DNA of 64,000 nt from Vicugna vicugna (Eukaryota), in contig MU057801.1 of assembly GCA_013265495.1 (NCBI GenBank), positions 1,295,879 through 1,359,878 of the forward strand, written 5' to 3'. Made by a program: the position numbers and the translations under genes. Shown here one piece after another: positions 25,701 through 37,529 of this stretch. Each line of letters begins with the position of its first letter. The stretch's first letter is position 1. Below the pieces are notes generated by a model, which did not search any database, had not been told where the DNA came from, and saw only the letters and a program-made list of their open reading frames with translations.

Positions 25701-27549
25701 GCCGGCTCACCCCTCCACCAGAGCCACAGCAGCAGGACCACAGGCCATGTCGACTCATGCTTGGGGGAGCTGGCTGTGTGAACCGGGGAGGACTGGCCAT
25801 TTCTGAAAGAGGCCTTCATGGCCAGACCATCAGGTGTCTCTCTGCCTTAGACATGGCGTCGGATCCCTTCGGCTTGACCTCTCACACCTGACCCCCGCCT
25901 CCCGTGACATTGGCCTATCCTGAGGCCACTCCTTTACGCTGTCCCAACAGAGTTATAGACACACAGAGAGGTCTGGAAGCAAACACATAAGTTTTAATAG
26001 TTCCTATAAGTCTCTCAGGGTAAGTGAACCAACGCCGTACCCAACAGAGCAGGTTAATTAATTTTGTTTCCCCCACATCGGGTAAAAGATGAGTAGCCAC
26101 TGAAAGATCAATGGACAATAGAAAATCTATTTTTCTTGTACCCTTCATCATTCTGGGGGGAGGGGAGAGGGGGTTTGGTTGTGTCCCCAAAACCAAGGCC
26201 CAGGGGTGAGAAGATTCAGATGTACCCTCGGGTGGACGCCCCCGTCCCCCTCAGTTATGGGGAACACCTGCTGGCCCAGGATGGCCACACGGTACCCAGT
26301 GGAGGGAGCTGGCGTGTGGGCTTCTCCCAAGGAGCCCCGGGGCTGGCACCACCCTGACCCGACCCAGCAGCCGGGCTGGGACCTGTGTGCTCACTGCAAA
26401 GGGGACGGGCAGAATGCTGCTCTGCAGAGAAGCCCGCCACCCAGCTGCCTCCTGCAGAACAGAAGGGGGCTTTGTGCGCCCCCAGCCCTGCCCTGCTCTC
26501 CTGAAACAGGACAGGACGCCCCTGAAATCCTCCTCCACTCTCTGGACCTCGTCTTTGCAAGAACACTGCCTTGTTCAGACACACAGGTGCTTCAATTCTC
26601 TGAGACTCAGTTTCCTCACCCGCAGGAGGACGGATGGGGTGATGGTCAGATGACGGAGGAAAAGCCCCTGGAGGGTGCTGGCCACAGCAGACACTCAGTA
26701 AACGGGGGTGGTGGGTCATGGCCTTCAGGTATGGGGCAGGGGGCAGAGAACTGGGGCTGTCTTTGTACTATTTTATGAAGAAAGGCCAAGACACCACAGG
26801 TGAATCAGGCAGCCAGGGAAAGGGTGGGCCTTTTTTCATTCTAAGTCTGTCAGTTGATGCACAAGAAGATTCTGGCTGGAGGGAGCATTTGGGGCGATGG
26901 AAACGTTCTCTGCCTTGATTCTGGCGGTGGCAGTTACCCGGGAGGCCGAGAAAGTGAGGGAAGAAGACTCGGGCGGGTCGGGAGCCTTCAGCCTCTTCCA
27001 CCACCAGCCAGGCGCCAAGGTCAAAGAGTTTTCATTTTTCTGGAATTAAGATTAAGCAACCTGTATTGCCTTCAAAGTGGGTGGACACACACTCGCCGGC
27101 CCCGGTGCAACAAGGAAACCTCGTGGAGAGGGCATCTCAAATCCTGCAGGCGTCCGGGCTGCACTCCAGGACTGTCACTCAGGACGGGCCCCGACGCGGA
27201 AGTCTTTTCTTATCCAATCGCGCCGCCCCGCGGACAACCTGGACACTGCCGCCTCTCTAACCTGACGTCGGCCCTCTGGAAAGTAAACGGATCAACGTGT
27301 GGAGCCACGAATGCCTCCGACGGGAGGCAGTTTCACCCGGGGGCATCCCCGGGAAAATCAGCGAAACAAGCTGGAACTGCGGGCCCTATTTTCGGCAGGC
27401 CGACCTAGAAGAATTTAACCCTTTCAGTCCCTGGTCGCCTGCTCCAGACCCAGCCTCTCAGAAAGGCACCAGGTCAGGCGGGGGTACAGTGGGAAGCAAC
27501 CACAATCCAGTGTCCCTTCCACTCTGGGCTCCACCTGCGTCACCGTCGA

Positions 27550-28560
27550 AGCCTCAGCACAGGGTGCTCTTAACTGGGATGGGGGGCGTTCCTGCCTCCC
27601 GCGCTCGGACCCCAAAGCCCGGAGTTGGCGCGGCGCTTCCCCCTGGTGGCCCGATGGCGCCAATGCACCGCTCGCCCGCAGCGCGGGAGAGGCGCGCGGG
27701 GCGGAGGGCTCGGTGCTCCTCTGTCCGCCTCACCCGCACCTGACTGGGACTGAGGACCAGCAGGGAGTAGCTGGAGCCCCGACTCGACGGTGGGCAAGAG
27801 GTGAGGGTCTCTCCTTCCTAGTACACCCCACCTCCGGCCCCCAACCAAAACCAGAATCCTTCTTCAGCATCATTCTCCTACTCCCCGAACCACCTAGATC
27901 CCCACTCTCCTGCCCTCACAGAACTGCCCACAGGGGTCGGTACGTAAGTGGGGACCGGTTGGGGTCGTGGAGACTTCCCAGTGGCCAGCGCGCATCTGGA
28001 CCGCAGGTGCAGTTGGCTGTTGTTTGTGCCCAAGTGTGACGGAAGTTGGGGCGGAGACGGGAGGCGGCATGTACTTGGGGGAAGAAGGATGGGGGGAAAA
28101 TTACAACCGAGGAAAACGTGTGTCCGCAAACGCACTCTCCACGCCGCCCGTGCGCCTGGCGGCCGAGGGTGGAGCGGTGGCGCCCGCCGCCGTCTGACTT
28201 GCACGCTCTAATCCTGATTCCGAGCCGCCGACTCCTCCGCGGTCCCCTCACCGGGCCGGGCTGCGCGTCTGTGGAGATGCGGTCGGGGACCTCGGGGGCA
28301 CGGCTGCCTGCTCGCGTTCTCCCGGGCCGCCGCGAGGCTGGAGCGCGGGGCCGCGGCGCCTCCTGGCGGCGGCGGCGGCGCGCGGGTCACTCAGTGTCTC
28401 CAGCCCCGGGCGGTGCATCTGCCCAACGCGGGCTCCCTGCGCGGGCGGGCGGCCCGCGGGCCTGCATTTCCCGACTTGCTCGGGTGGCGGCGCCGAGGCC
28501 CATTCGCCTCTTTATTAATAACGGTGCACCAGGAGGGAAAAAAAAGTCCTTAAAAACCAG
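27550..28560. other. Downstream CpG island
   Basis: High CpG density ~4-5 kb beyond the NKX2-2 3' end; further CpG-rich patches continue to ~32.8 kb. Confidence 0.7.
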
Positions 28561-28578
28561 ACAGGATGGGAGAGGAAA

Positions 28579-28628
28579 GTGTGTGTGTGTGTGCGCGCGC
28601 GCGCGTGTGTTTGTGAGAGAGAGAGAGA
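28579..28628. repeat. (GT)n(GC)n(GT)n followed by (GA)n
   Basis: 32 bp of alternating purine-pyrimidine at 28579-28610, read directly. Confidence 0.95.
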
Positions 28629-31600
28629 AAATTGGGGCGTTGGTGAAAGCAATAAAACTCAGATCGCTTCCTTGGAGAGATAGCGGCGGCTATAATGTGC
28701 CGGGGAATCAGGGGTTTATTTGCAGATCCTGGATAAAAGATGATATATCGATACAGTTTAGAGTGTCATTGCGCCCGGCCGCTCAGGAAGCCACAAGTAC
28801 ATATTTCCTGAAAAACCGGCCAACACAGTATCTAATCCACACGCCACTTAAGCCCGGGAGGGGAACCTCAGCGTCTCACAAGTTCGCGCCTGGTTTCCTA
28901 GTTCTGGGCGGGGAGACCTCAGCTGGGCTGGATCTGGTGCGCCCGGACGCACCCCCCCCCCCGCCCCAGCAGCCTTTGTCTTCAGTCCAAGTAATCACTT
29001 AGGCTTGGGCCTTAATAAATACGTCTGAGAACTGTCCTTATGCTCGGTAAATATTGGATTAGCTTTTCAATGACCAGGCTCTTGAAAAGGCTGGAGAAAT
29101 CCACACCAGGTCTCAAGTAAGCCCAACAGTCAATAGGTAAGGAAAAGACGCTACTTCCCTGGCTGGGGTGGGGGCAGGGGGAAGGGGCGCCTACTCTTCT
29201 TGAGTTCTGATTCTAGGAAACACGACGGCAGTGCTGGGAAAGGAGGGAGGCACCCAAATTGTGGGGGAGCTGGAATTTCCTCCATCCCCGTGTGCTCATT
29301 AAGGGCTGAGCGGCTTAGCCCTCGGTGAAGTCTGTTTTTATTTCTACAGCACTCAGCCTCAGCACGAACTCTGTTCCGCACATACATTTGTTGTTGCTGT
29401 TGTTTGGGGGCTGCTTATGGGAGTCTGTGAGCCTGCTTTTGGACGAGGTCATGACCTAAGCGATCTCTGACTGCCCGGCTAACTCAGACTGCTTAGGTGA
29501 GGCAAATCCTAGCAAATGCCTTGGAAGCTCTGCCCTGCCTCCCTGTTTGGCCGGCAAAACGATGCAGGAGACACTGAGAACTAGAGAAGGTCTTTCTATC
29601 CTCCAGAATGAGATGGGGGTGGGGGTGGGATGGTTAAAGAAGTTTCTGAACCGGTTTCCCATCGTCCCACTGAGATGCCAGTGGGATCTCGCACATCATT
29701 AGAATGACAGGGGGGTCGTGACCGAGGGGTCCGGCTGGGTGAAAGCGGCCTCAGAACCAGCCACAGCCAAAATCTAGCCGGGCCCAGGACTGAGGGCCCC
29801 TTGGCATTCCTGAGCCTTTCCTGCAGCTCTTGGAAGGGTGGCTCCGCGCGCCAGCGTGTCCGGATGCGCCCGGTGAGGGAACCAGAGGCCCGGATTTTCA
29901 TCTACCCTGGGGCTGCGAAGCCTGTGGCGTCTCAGCTTCCCGCAGGCCCTGGGCCCCTCAGGGGTCCTCCTGAGCCTGGCACTGTCTGATGGCTTCTACT
30001 CCAGGCTTCCCCCAGACAGGAGAAGGCTGGCGGCTGGCTGTGCGCTCAGAAGCCCGCAAAGTGCCCGCAAAGTGCCTGCGAGGAGCCCCAGCCCTGAACG
30101 CCAATGGTTCGCAGACCCAAGCCCGAGCCTCAAGCCGGTATTTGGTAAAGAGACAGAAGCAGAGACACAGAGAGAGAGACCCCGCTCTCAGTGTCACGGG
30201 GCCTAGGCGGGGCAGGCGCCCTCTGAAGCCATCAAAGACAGGGGTGGCTGTTTCCCCCTCCTCCAGCCTCCTCCCCGATAGATATAGCACGAATTTTTAA
30301 TGCGTCTTCCTTTCACAGACAACAATACAGGGTTTGAAAGCCGGACACAATTTGGGTTTTGTGCGGGTCCCTCCTCGCGCTCCCTCGGCCCAGCTGGCCA
30401 TATGGAATCCAGCATGGAGTCCGCGGATGACAAAGGGACCCAGTGACAGGCCCAACAAAACCCCAAGGAGACTTCTGCCTGACTCCGGGATTCACTGCCC
30501 GCGATAAGCGCGCTGAATGGTGCGGGGTGGAGGGGGGCGGAGGGCGGGCCCCTTCTCCCTCTTCCCCTCTCTGTCCCCTGCGATCCTTTCTCTGGCCCTT
30601 TTTAATATGCACGCCTCTAACATCCTCGGCTCCCAGCTCTCCCATTGTGCCGTTTTGTGCGGCCCGCTGTAGATTGGGCGAAGATAGACTGCCCAAGCGG
30701 ACCCCGCGCCGGGTGCGCTCTCAGGGCGCTGGGGTTAGGGCCACACAGGGCTTCGCGGGCGCTTTTATTGACTCCATGGGGACCCGAGGACAGAGAGAGG
30801 CGGGCGTCGGGCCCACCTCCCGGCCGCACGAGCGAGCGCACACCCTGGCTGCAGGCCCACGAGCCTGGCCACCAACCCCAAATGCGCCCTCAGCGCGCAC
30901 ACGTGAAAGCCTGCGCGAGAACTTGGACCTTCCACTTTGTCTTCTTCCTCTCCGGAGACCTAGGGGGCTCTTGTGATCATTTTTGGCCCCCAGAAGTTTG
31001 GGGTCCTGGAATAGCCCAAATCAACCGAGTCCTGGGTCTGTGCCTCAGGCGTCCTGACCACCCTACTCCAAGAGGCTCTCCCCTCCCCTCCGGCGGGTCA
31101 GGGTTACAGGGAAGTCAGGAGAGGAATGTTGAGGGGTTGGTATCAGGACAAGTTGGACGCTGGACCATCGCACGACAAATGATTTGGGGAGAACTCTGGC
31201 CTCAGGAAGAACAAGAAATGAAACCTCAAATGTTCCCAAGCCAGTGTGGGGAGCAAAGGTAGACTTTTCCACATTTAGGAAAACCTGGATGAACCCAGTT
31301 GAACCCGGAGGTGGTGGGAAAGGACACTGGGGGAAATTAGAAAGAGTCCAGCGCCCTCAGTTATCTGGGGGCCGGCGCGCCATGCGGGAACAGCGTGTGA
31401 TCACGGCCCTGCGCGTGCTGCGCTCAGTGCTGTCGACGTGTAGATTTGGTTACATGGATAATCATGTTTGCGTTAGATATTGAATTAAATCTGATCATCA
31501 GCTAGAAGGAGCGAGAAAGTCAGCTGGGACCGCTCCCTTCACTCGACCTCCTCTCCCCCGCCCCTGGCCATGAAGGTGGAGCTCGAGAGAAAATGAGAGA

Positions 31601-32823
31601 GAGTTTCCAAAGGGGGCCGATTCTATCCCCAGGCGTCTCTGAACACCGGCGGGGCTCTGAGCTACAGAGCCCCGGGTATTTTCGGAAATCCGAGAGATAG
31701 AGGAGACAGGCACCCTCCCCCCGAGTCTGCGGGGTCTCTGAGCTGCTCCCCCTGAGCGGGCAAGTATGCGCCAGCATCCTCCGGGGAGATCTTCCGGCCC
31801 CCAGGGTGGGATGGAATCAGCTCTCTACGAGGGGAGGACCAATGCGCCCTCCCCCGGGCGAACGAAGGCCGTGTGCTCGCTTCCCGTTCCCCTCACCCCA
31901 GCCCAGGAGACTGGGGCGCACCACCCCACCTCCAAATTCTTGCATTCTAGCAAGCAATTCACCCAGCTTCACGCCAAAGAGCTGGCCAAGGGGACCGCGC
32001 GCAGCCAAATGCTAGGAGGGGACGAGGCCTGGGATCCAGTCCAGGGGAAGAGGCTGGAAGCTCAGGAAGAATGGGGATGGGAGGCAGGAGGAAGGCTCCA
32101 GCAGCAGGGATGCTCTCTGACTCCCGCTCCCTGGATCTACCGACCAAAGGCCTAGGGAGGCCGCTGCATCCCCTCTGACCCAGCGCCCAGGCCCCCGCAT
32201 CCCCCCTTGCAGCCAAAGCCTGGAGCGCCCCAAGTCCGCCCCGCCCTCACCTCCTAGACGCCTCCTGTCCGCGGAGTTACAAGGGGTAGGGGTAGAGAAG
32301 CCGACCCGTCTCAACCTCTGCCTCCCCGCACCCCAGCACGAGGTAAATCAAATTCAAGAGAGTGGAAGTCACTGCGTGTAGTGGCTTCAACAGCTTCTCA
32401 GGCTGAAGGAGCCTCTCGTAGATTTGGGCGATCAACTGGGGCTTGTCTTCTTGCCTTTGCGTCTTTCAGTCACTTCCTCCCGAGCCAGGATGCCGCCGCC
32501 CGGATTCAGGCCGCGCACAAGGCCGGGACACAGGCCGGGAGAGGGCGGGCGACCCCGGGTGGCGGGCCGACCACTCGCAGGCCTGAGGCCCAGCGCTCCC
32601 GCCCGGCGCGGGGACCAAGGCGGAGGCCTGGCCTGTCCGCCAGGGTGAGGCCTGTTCCCGGAGCCTCCCCAGAGCCCGGGGTGCCCCAGGCCCAGGGGCA
32701 GCACGGGGTGAGAGCGCGGCCAGCAGCCAGGCGGGGCTTCTTGCCCGAGGTCTCTGGCCCAGCTCAGGGCGACACAGTGAGACAAACGGGAGGGCCGGGC
32801 TTGGTTTTTTTAAACACAGGATT

Positions 32824-32829
32824 TTTATT
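32824..32829 (-). terminator. NKX2-2: Probable NKX2-2 polyadenylation signal AATAAA (3' UTR ~32805-33676)
   Basis: Plus-strand tttatt = AATAAA on the minus strand, ~850 nt after the stop, at the end of the AU-rich UTR segment. Cleavage site is inferred. Confidence 0.75.
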
Positions 32830-33676
32830 AAAATTCTTATTTAAAAAATGGAAAGCTTTCAGCACCCGGTGCTCTCGGGGAACTGCACGGAACCGCTGAG
32901 CTCCGAGTTCCGAGGCTCAGGACCCAGAGGATGGGGCAGGGGCTTCTCGCTCGCCTACACATTTTTATCCTTTTTCATTTCTGAGAAATGTTTGCACTGA
33001 ACAAAATAAAGAAGAAAGCAGGGCTAACCAAATGTAAGCAAACCAAAACAAACCACAAAGAAAGGAGTGGGGCCCCGAGGGGTACAGGCCAGTCCTGAAG
33101 GTCATTTTGGCAACAATCACCACCGATATTTACAACGAAAAGCGGAATCTGCCACCAGTTGTCAGGACGTTTACATGGCCATAAATATTTAGCATTTTCT
33201 TATAAAAAACAAAAGGAGAAAAAATCCTCTATTTTTAAAGTGTTCTCCACTTGCTTTAGAAGAAGACAGCTGACAATATTGCTACTCACACAAACATATT
33301 TTACAAAATTCACAAAAGCGAGGGTGGGGGGCGTCTTTTTCTCCTTCTCAAGTGAGGACGTTAACTCTGGGACCATTCCGTGCCCCCAGGGAGAGGCAGA
33401 GAAGCGAGGCTGCGCAAACATTCTGTAAACGGCTGATGGTTCAGCCCTCCCCAGAGGTTCAGAGGGAGAGGGCTGAGGCAGAGCTGGCTGGGTGGAATCT
33501 GCCTCTCCAAGGAGGCGCAGGCCACCTCCTGACGCCTCCCCAGTGGAGCCGAGAGTCAACTCGACTCCGTAATAATTATAATAACACAGTAACCACCGTT
33601 AAGGGCCGAGTCCTCCTTGCCTCCGCCGCCGGGGTGGGGCCTGGGCCGGGGGCTGGGAGTCTCGGAGGGGCGGCTC

Positions 33677-34239
33677 TCACCAAGTCCACTGCTGGGCCTG
33701 GACCAGGGGGTGTGCTGTCGGGTACTGGGGAGTGCTGGCCGAGCTGTACTGGGCGTTGTATTGCATGTGCTGCAGAGACTGCGCGCTGTAGGCCGAAAAG
33801 GGGATGCCCGCCTGGAAGGTGGCGGCTGCCAGGTCCTGGGCTTTAAGCGCGTGGCACGGTTTGCCGTCCCTGACCAACACGGGCACGGCCACCCGGCGCG
33901 GCGAGGGCAGGGGCGTCACCTCCATACCTTTCTCTGCCCGGGCGCGCTTCATCTTGTAGCGGTGGTTCTGGAACCAGATCTTGACCTGCGTGGGCGTGAG
34001 GCGGATGAGGCTGGCCAGGTGCTCCCGCTCGGGCGCCGACAGGTACCGCTGCTGCCGGAAGCGCCGCTCCAGCTCGTAGGTCTGCGCCTTGGAGAAGAGC
34101 ACCCGCCGCTTCCGCTTCTTGCCGGCGTCCCCCCCGCCGCCCGGGGTCTCCTTGTCATTGTCCGGTGACTCGTCGGCCGAGGGCTCCGGGGACTTGGAAC
34201 TCGAGTCCTGGGGCGCCGCGCCGGCCGCCAGCCCGTGCA
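33677..34239 (-). CDS. NKX2-2: NKX2-2 coding exon 2 (563 nt): homeodomain, NK2-specific domain, C-terminus ...QAQQWTW*
   Basis: Acceptor tctctttccccAG|TG (AG at 34241-34240). Homeodomain [12 protein letters not shown]...[11 protein letters not shown] has the NK2-class Tyr54; NK2-[21 protein letters not shown] at 33679-33677. 259+563=822 nt = 273 aa + stop; junction codon C|TG = Leu (QYSLHG). Confidence 0.98.
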
Positions 34240-35148
34240 CTGGGGAAAGAGATGCCCGTCAGGCGCTGGGAGGCCGCGCGAGGCTGGGCCTGACCCCGCG
34301 CGCCCCGGATCCTCCGTGCGCCCCCGGCCCTCTGTGCCCTGCAGCCCGGCCCCGCTGCCTTCGCCCTCACCCTGGCCCTGCTCCACGCCGGAGGTAGCCG
34401 CCGGCGTCCCTCCGGGAAAAGAGGAGACGGGACAGGAGTGGGGGCTTGGGGCTCTGGTTTCTGGGGGTTCGTGCAGTGTGGGTGCGCATTTGGGGGGGCG
34501 GCGGCGCGCCGAGAAGATCGTCGCGGGTTAAGGGCTCCGGCCCCCTTAAGCAGTTTCCTCTCCGGAGAGACGTGGGCAGATTTTTAAAAGAAAACCCCCA
34601 CAATCCCGGCATTGATAGACTCGGCCATCCAAGGCAGATTTTTGGGGGCTTTCGTTTCTACTTCCCGACTTGCTGGACACCCTCCGCACGGCACAAAGCG
34701 TCCTCTATGAAGCGCAGGGGGCAGGGTGAGCTATTTATACCCGGGCCACCCTCTCCCCGAACCCCGAGGCTGGCTGGCTCGCTCCAGTGCTCCAGGCCAG
34801 TCCCTCCCGGCGGTCGGAATGGGGGAGGGGGCTCCGGCTGGAGCCGTCAGTCTGGGTTGACGTCTGTAACCGGCCCTTGGGAGGTACTCCCCTCCCCCTC
34901 TTCCTCCTAATTTCTCTCTTTGGAAGAAATATCTGAGAACGAGTCTTTTTCCCAGACTCGGGGGGGGGGGCTTGACGAGGAGGAAAGAGTTAGGGCGCCG
35001 TAAACAAGCGTTAAAAATCTTGCCAGGAGCGCAGGGTTGGGGGTCGGCTCACAAGACTCCTTCCCCTTCCTCCCCCAGGGTCCGGCCCGGGCTGCGGCCG
35101 CGGGAACGGAGACGGTCACAGCCACGGCGGCCAAGTTTCGCTACTTAC
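34240..35148 (-). other. NKX2-2: NKX2-2 intron (909 nt, GT-AG)
   Basis: GTAAGT donor and pyrimidine tract + CAG acceptor; splicing restores the reading frame. Confidence 0.96.
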
Positions 35149-35407
35149 GGGAGTACTGCAGGCCCTCGGTGCTGGCCAGCCAGCGCGTGTATGGGTTGTC
35201 GCTGCTGTCGTAGAAGGGGTTCTTCAGGGGCAGGCTTTGCACCGTGTCCAGGGCGCCCTGCCCCAGCGGCCCGGCCCTCTTGGCGGGCTCCGGCCCCTCG
35301 CTCTCCTCCTCTGGCCCTTCGGCCACCGAGCCTTCCTCATCGTTGGTGTCCGGCAGGTCCAAGATGTCCTTGACCGAAAACCCCGTCTTTGTGTTGGTCA
35401 GCGACAT
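35149..35407 (-). CDS. NKX2-2: NKX2-2 coding exon 1 (259 nt; [19 protein letters not shown]...EGLQYS), includes TN/eh1 repression motif
   Basis: ATG at 35407 (plus-strand cat 35405-35407). Translation matches the recalled NKX2-2 N-terminus including FSVKDIL. Ends at canonical donor CC|GTAAGT (GT at 35148-35147), phase 1. Confidence 0.98.
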
Positions 35408-35447
35408 GGCCGGGGCCCCGCAATTTATGCCGCAAAGTTGTAGCTTC

Positions 35448-35476
35448 NNNNNNNNNNNNNNNNNNNNNNNNNNNNN
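35448..35476. other. Assembly gap (29 N) inside the NKX2-2 5' UTR
   Basis: Run of N in the sequence. Confidence 0.99.
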
Positions 35477-35738
35477 GGGGGATGGGCTGTATTTATGGAT
35501 ATTATTATTTTTAAAAAGGAGAAGGAAACTCTGGGAAAGGGGAGGGTGGGGGGAAAAGCCCAACGCGGTGCTTGCGTCCTCTCTGCAAGCACGCGGAAAC
35601 GGACGCGGGGAGCCGGGCGGCCTGCGCGCCGAGCGCCGCGGGCCGGGCCCGAGTTTGTAACTCCAGGAGGGGTGCCAAGGCGGCGTCAGCTCGGGCTCCA
35701 GCGGCCGCTCGGCGCGCGGTGGCGGCTGGTGGCGAGGG

Positions 35739-35777
35739 AAAAATGGGCCATTGCCCGAGCGATCAGTCCATATAAGG
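35739..35777 (-). promoter_or_regulatory. NKX2-2: NKX2-2 proximal core promoter: TATA-like TTATAT (35775-35770) and Inr CCATTTT with predicted +1 A at 35744
   Basis: The TATA-like element starts 31 nt upstream of a YYANWYY initiator, canonical spacing. TSS is inferred, not measured. Confidence 0.65.
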
Positions 35778-35919
35778 CTGGGCTCCACTCACGAACCTGG
35801 GGAGAGGGGGGAAGAGGGGGAGAAAGAGAGGGAGGGAAAGAGAGAGGGAGGGAGGGGGAGCGAGAGAGGGAGCGAGGGAAGGGTGGAAAAAAGGAGGGGG
35901 GAGACATTAAAACGCAAAG

Positions 35920-36120
35920 GTTGGACACGTGTGGGCGGGTCTTGGAAGTCAAGTGGATGAAGACTGTATTTGCAGATGTGAAATTGTGGGTTTTGGGGAG
36001 CTCCGCGCTCCCAGCCAACGGCCCTCTAGAGCAAGATGAGAGGTGTAACGTGTCAATTAATTGCAAAGACGGGGCGAGCCCTTTTTTTTTACCCAGTATT
36101 TACATACAAAGGACCACCGC
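35920..36120. promoter_or_regulatory. Proximal promoter motif cluster
   Basis: CACGTG 35926-35931, GGGCGG 35933-35938, NK2 site TCAAGTG 35949-35955, forkhead-like TGTATTTGC 35965-35973 overlapping E-box CAGATG 35973-35978, forkhead TATTTAC 36097-36103. Confidence 0.6.
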
Positions 36121-37529
36121 GTCGCTCGCGAGTCCACACACTTGAAAGGGCCGTTTTAACAAATTGCATCTTTAAAAAAATAAAAGCAGGGGAGGAGGAA
36201 AGAAAACAAAACAGAAACCCGGAGGTGGAGGAGAAAAAAGAATCCTCCTTAACATTCACCGGTTCCTACCTCCCCGCCCCCGAGCGCTCGCCCCCAGCAA
36301 GCCGGAAAATTGGCGATTTGTGGCGCCTTTGGAAAAGGGGGAGGGGGCGAATGCTGAGCCGCGGAAATCTCTCCTTCCCATCGCGGGCAGTTCCCTAAAC
36401 AAGATCCGGTTCAAATGGCAAGAGCCCAACTTCTGTAAGCCTCCTAGGTCAATATTTTGGTTGAGGCTTAAGGATGAGCACTAGAAATGACAAGGCAAGT
36501 AATTGATTCTAGTCAGCGCCGAACGAGCCCGAAGCCCAGGAGAGGGATCGGCTCGGGCCGGCCAGAGCCACCGCCGAGCGACACCTCCTCCCACCCTCCC
36601 CGCTCCGCCCCGCCACCCTTTATTTGCTAAAGACATTTATTTCCTTCAGCCAGCCTCCCCCTCTCCCCCTGCAGCTCGGGGCGGCCGAGCGGGACCGCGC
36701 AGTTCACTTTCTGCTTTGCGGGCGCCCGGGGAGGGGCGGTGGGGGTGGGGAAGGCTCGCCCGGGCGGCGACCGGCCGGGGCCCCGCCGCCTCCCGGCCCC
36801 GCGGGCCGCGCTCTCCGGGTGGAGGGAAGGGCAGACGGCCCCGCGCCCTTCCTGCCCCCTATTATGCCTCCCTCTCGGGCCTCCAGCGGCGGTGGAGCGG
36901 CGGGAAGCGAGAGGGGAGGGGGCGGGGCGGGGGCGCCGTCTCCAGCCCGGGTGAGGACCCCGAAAACCGCGGGGGAGGGGGTCGCAGGGCGGGAGGTGCA
37001 GCTGCATTTTCTCTGGAGTTTTCTTCCCAGAGAGCCCTTTCGGACGCCTCAGGGGCGCGTCCGAGGACACTCCCCAGGCTCCCAGCTTGCGTGAGGCTTG
37101 CGTGCGGGTCCCAGCCCCTCGCCCGCCTGGGAACTGAACTTTCCCGGAACGGCACCTCCTCCTCGGCGCCGGCAGGGAAACGTCCGCGCCGCACTGCCCG
37201 CCCCTCCTCCCGGGATTGCTTTTTCGGGGGAGGAGGGAGAAGGTTTGCTACCTGACGCTCGGGCACCCCAGAGGAGCATCAGGATGGCGCCTTGCCTGGG
37301 GGCGGGGAGGGGCGGGAAGGGCCGCCGCGGGGGTCAGGGCTGGCCACCCCCAGCCCTCCGCCGGGGCCGCCTCCTCGCCGGCCGGGCGCAGCGCGCGGGC
37401 GCCGGTCCTCCCCGCGCACAGCTGCGGCCGCCGCGCCCCGGCCGCCCCCGAGTTGCCAGCGCCCGGCGAGGGCGCCTCTCCCCGAGCCGCTCGGCGGCTT
37501 TCTGCAGCCCTTGCCGCCTGGCCCCCAGT

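Noticed and set aside
27630..27655. CTCF site (minus strand GGCCACCAGGGGGAAGC)
   Set aside because: Lacks the key C after the G-run; cannot be called without PWM scoring or ChIP.
28046..29002. 318-aa plus-strand ORF
   Set aside because: Non-ATG start, runs through a CpG island and a microsatellite, no recognisable homology.
32858..32876. REST/RE1 site (TTCAGCACC)
   Set aside because: Only the left half-site is present; the GGACAG half is missing.
33617..34168. 183-aa ORF antisense to exon 2
   Set aside because: Typical shadow ORF of a GC3-rich coding exon.
33677..34240. Exon 2 as a stand-alone gene starting at 34240
   Set aside because: The apparent GTG start is the acceptor G plus the first exon bases; the true start is in exon 1.
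35408..35788. N-terminal extension of NKX2-2 suggested by the ORF track
   Set aside because: Non-ATG start, and the frame crosses a 29-N gap, so continuity cannot be established.
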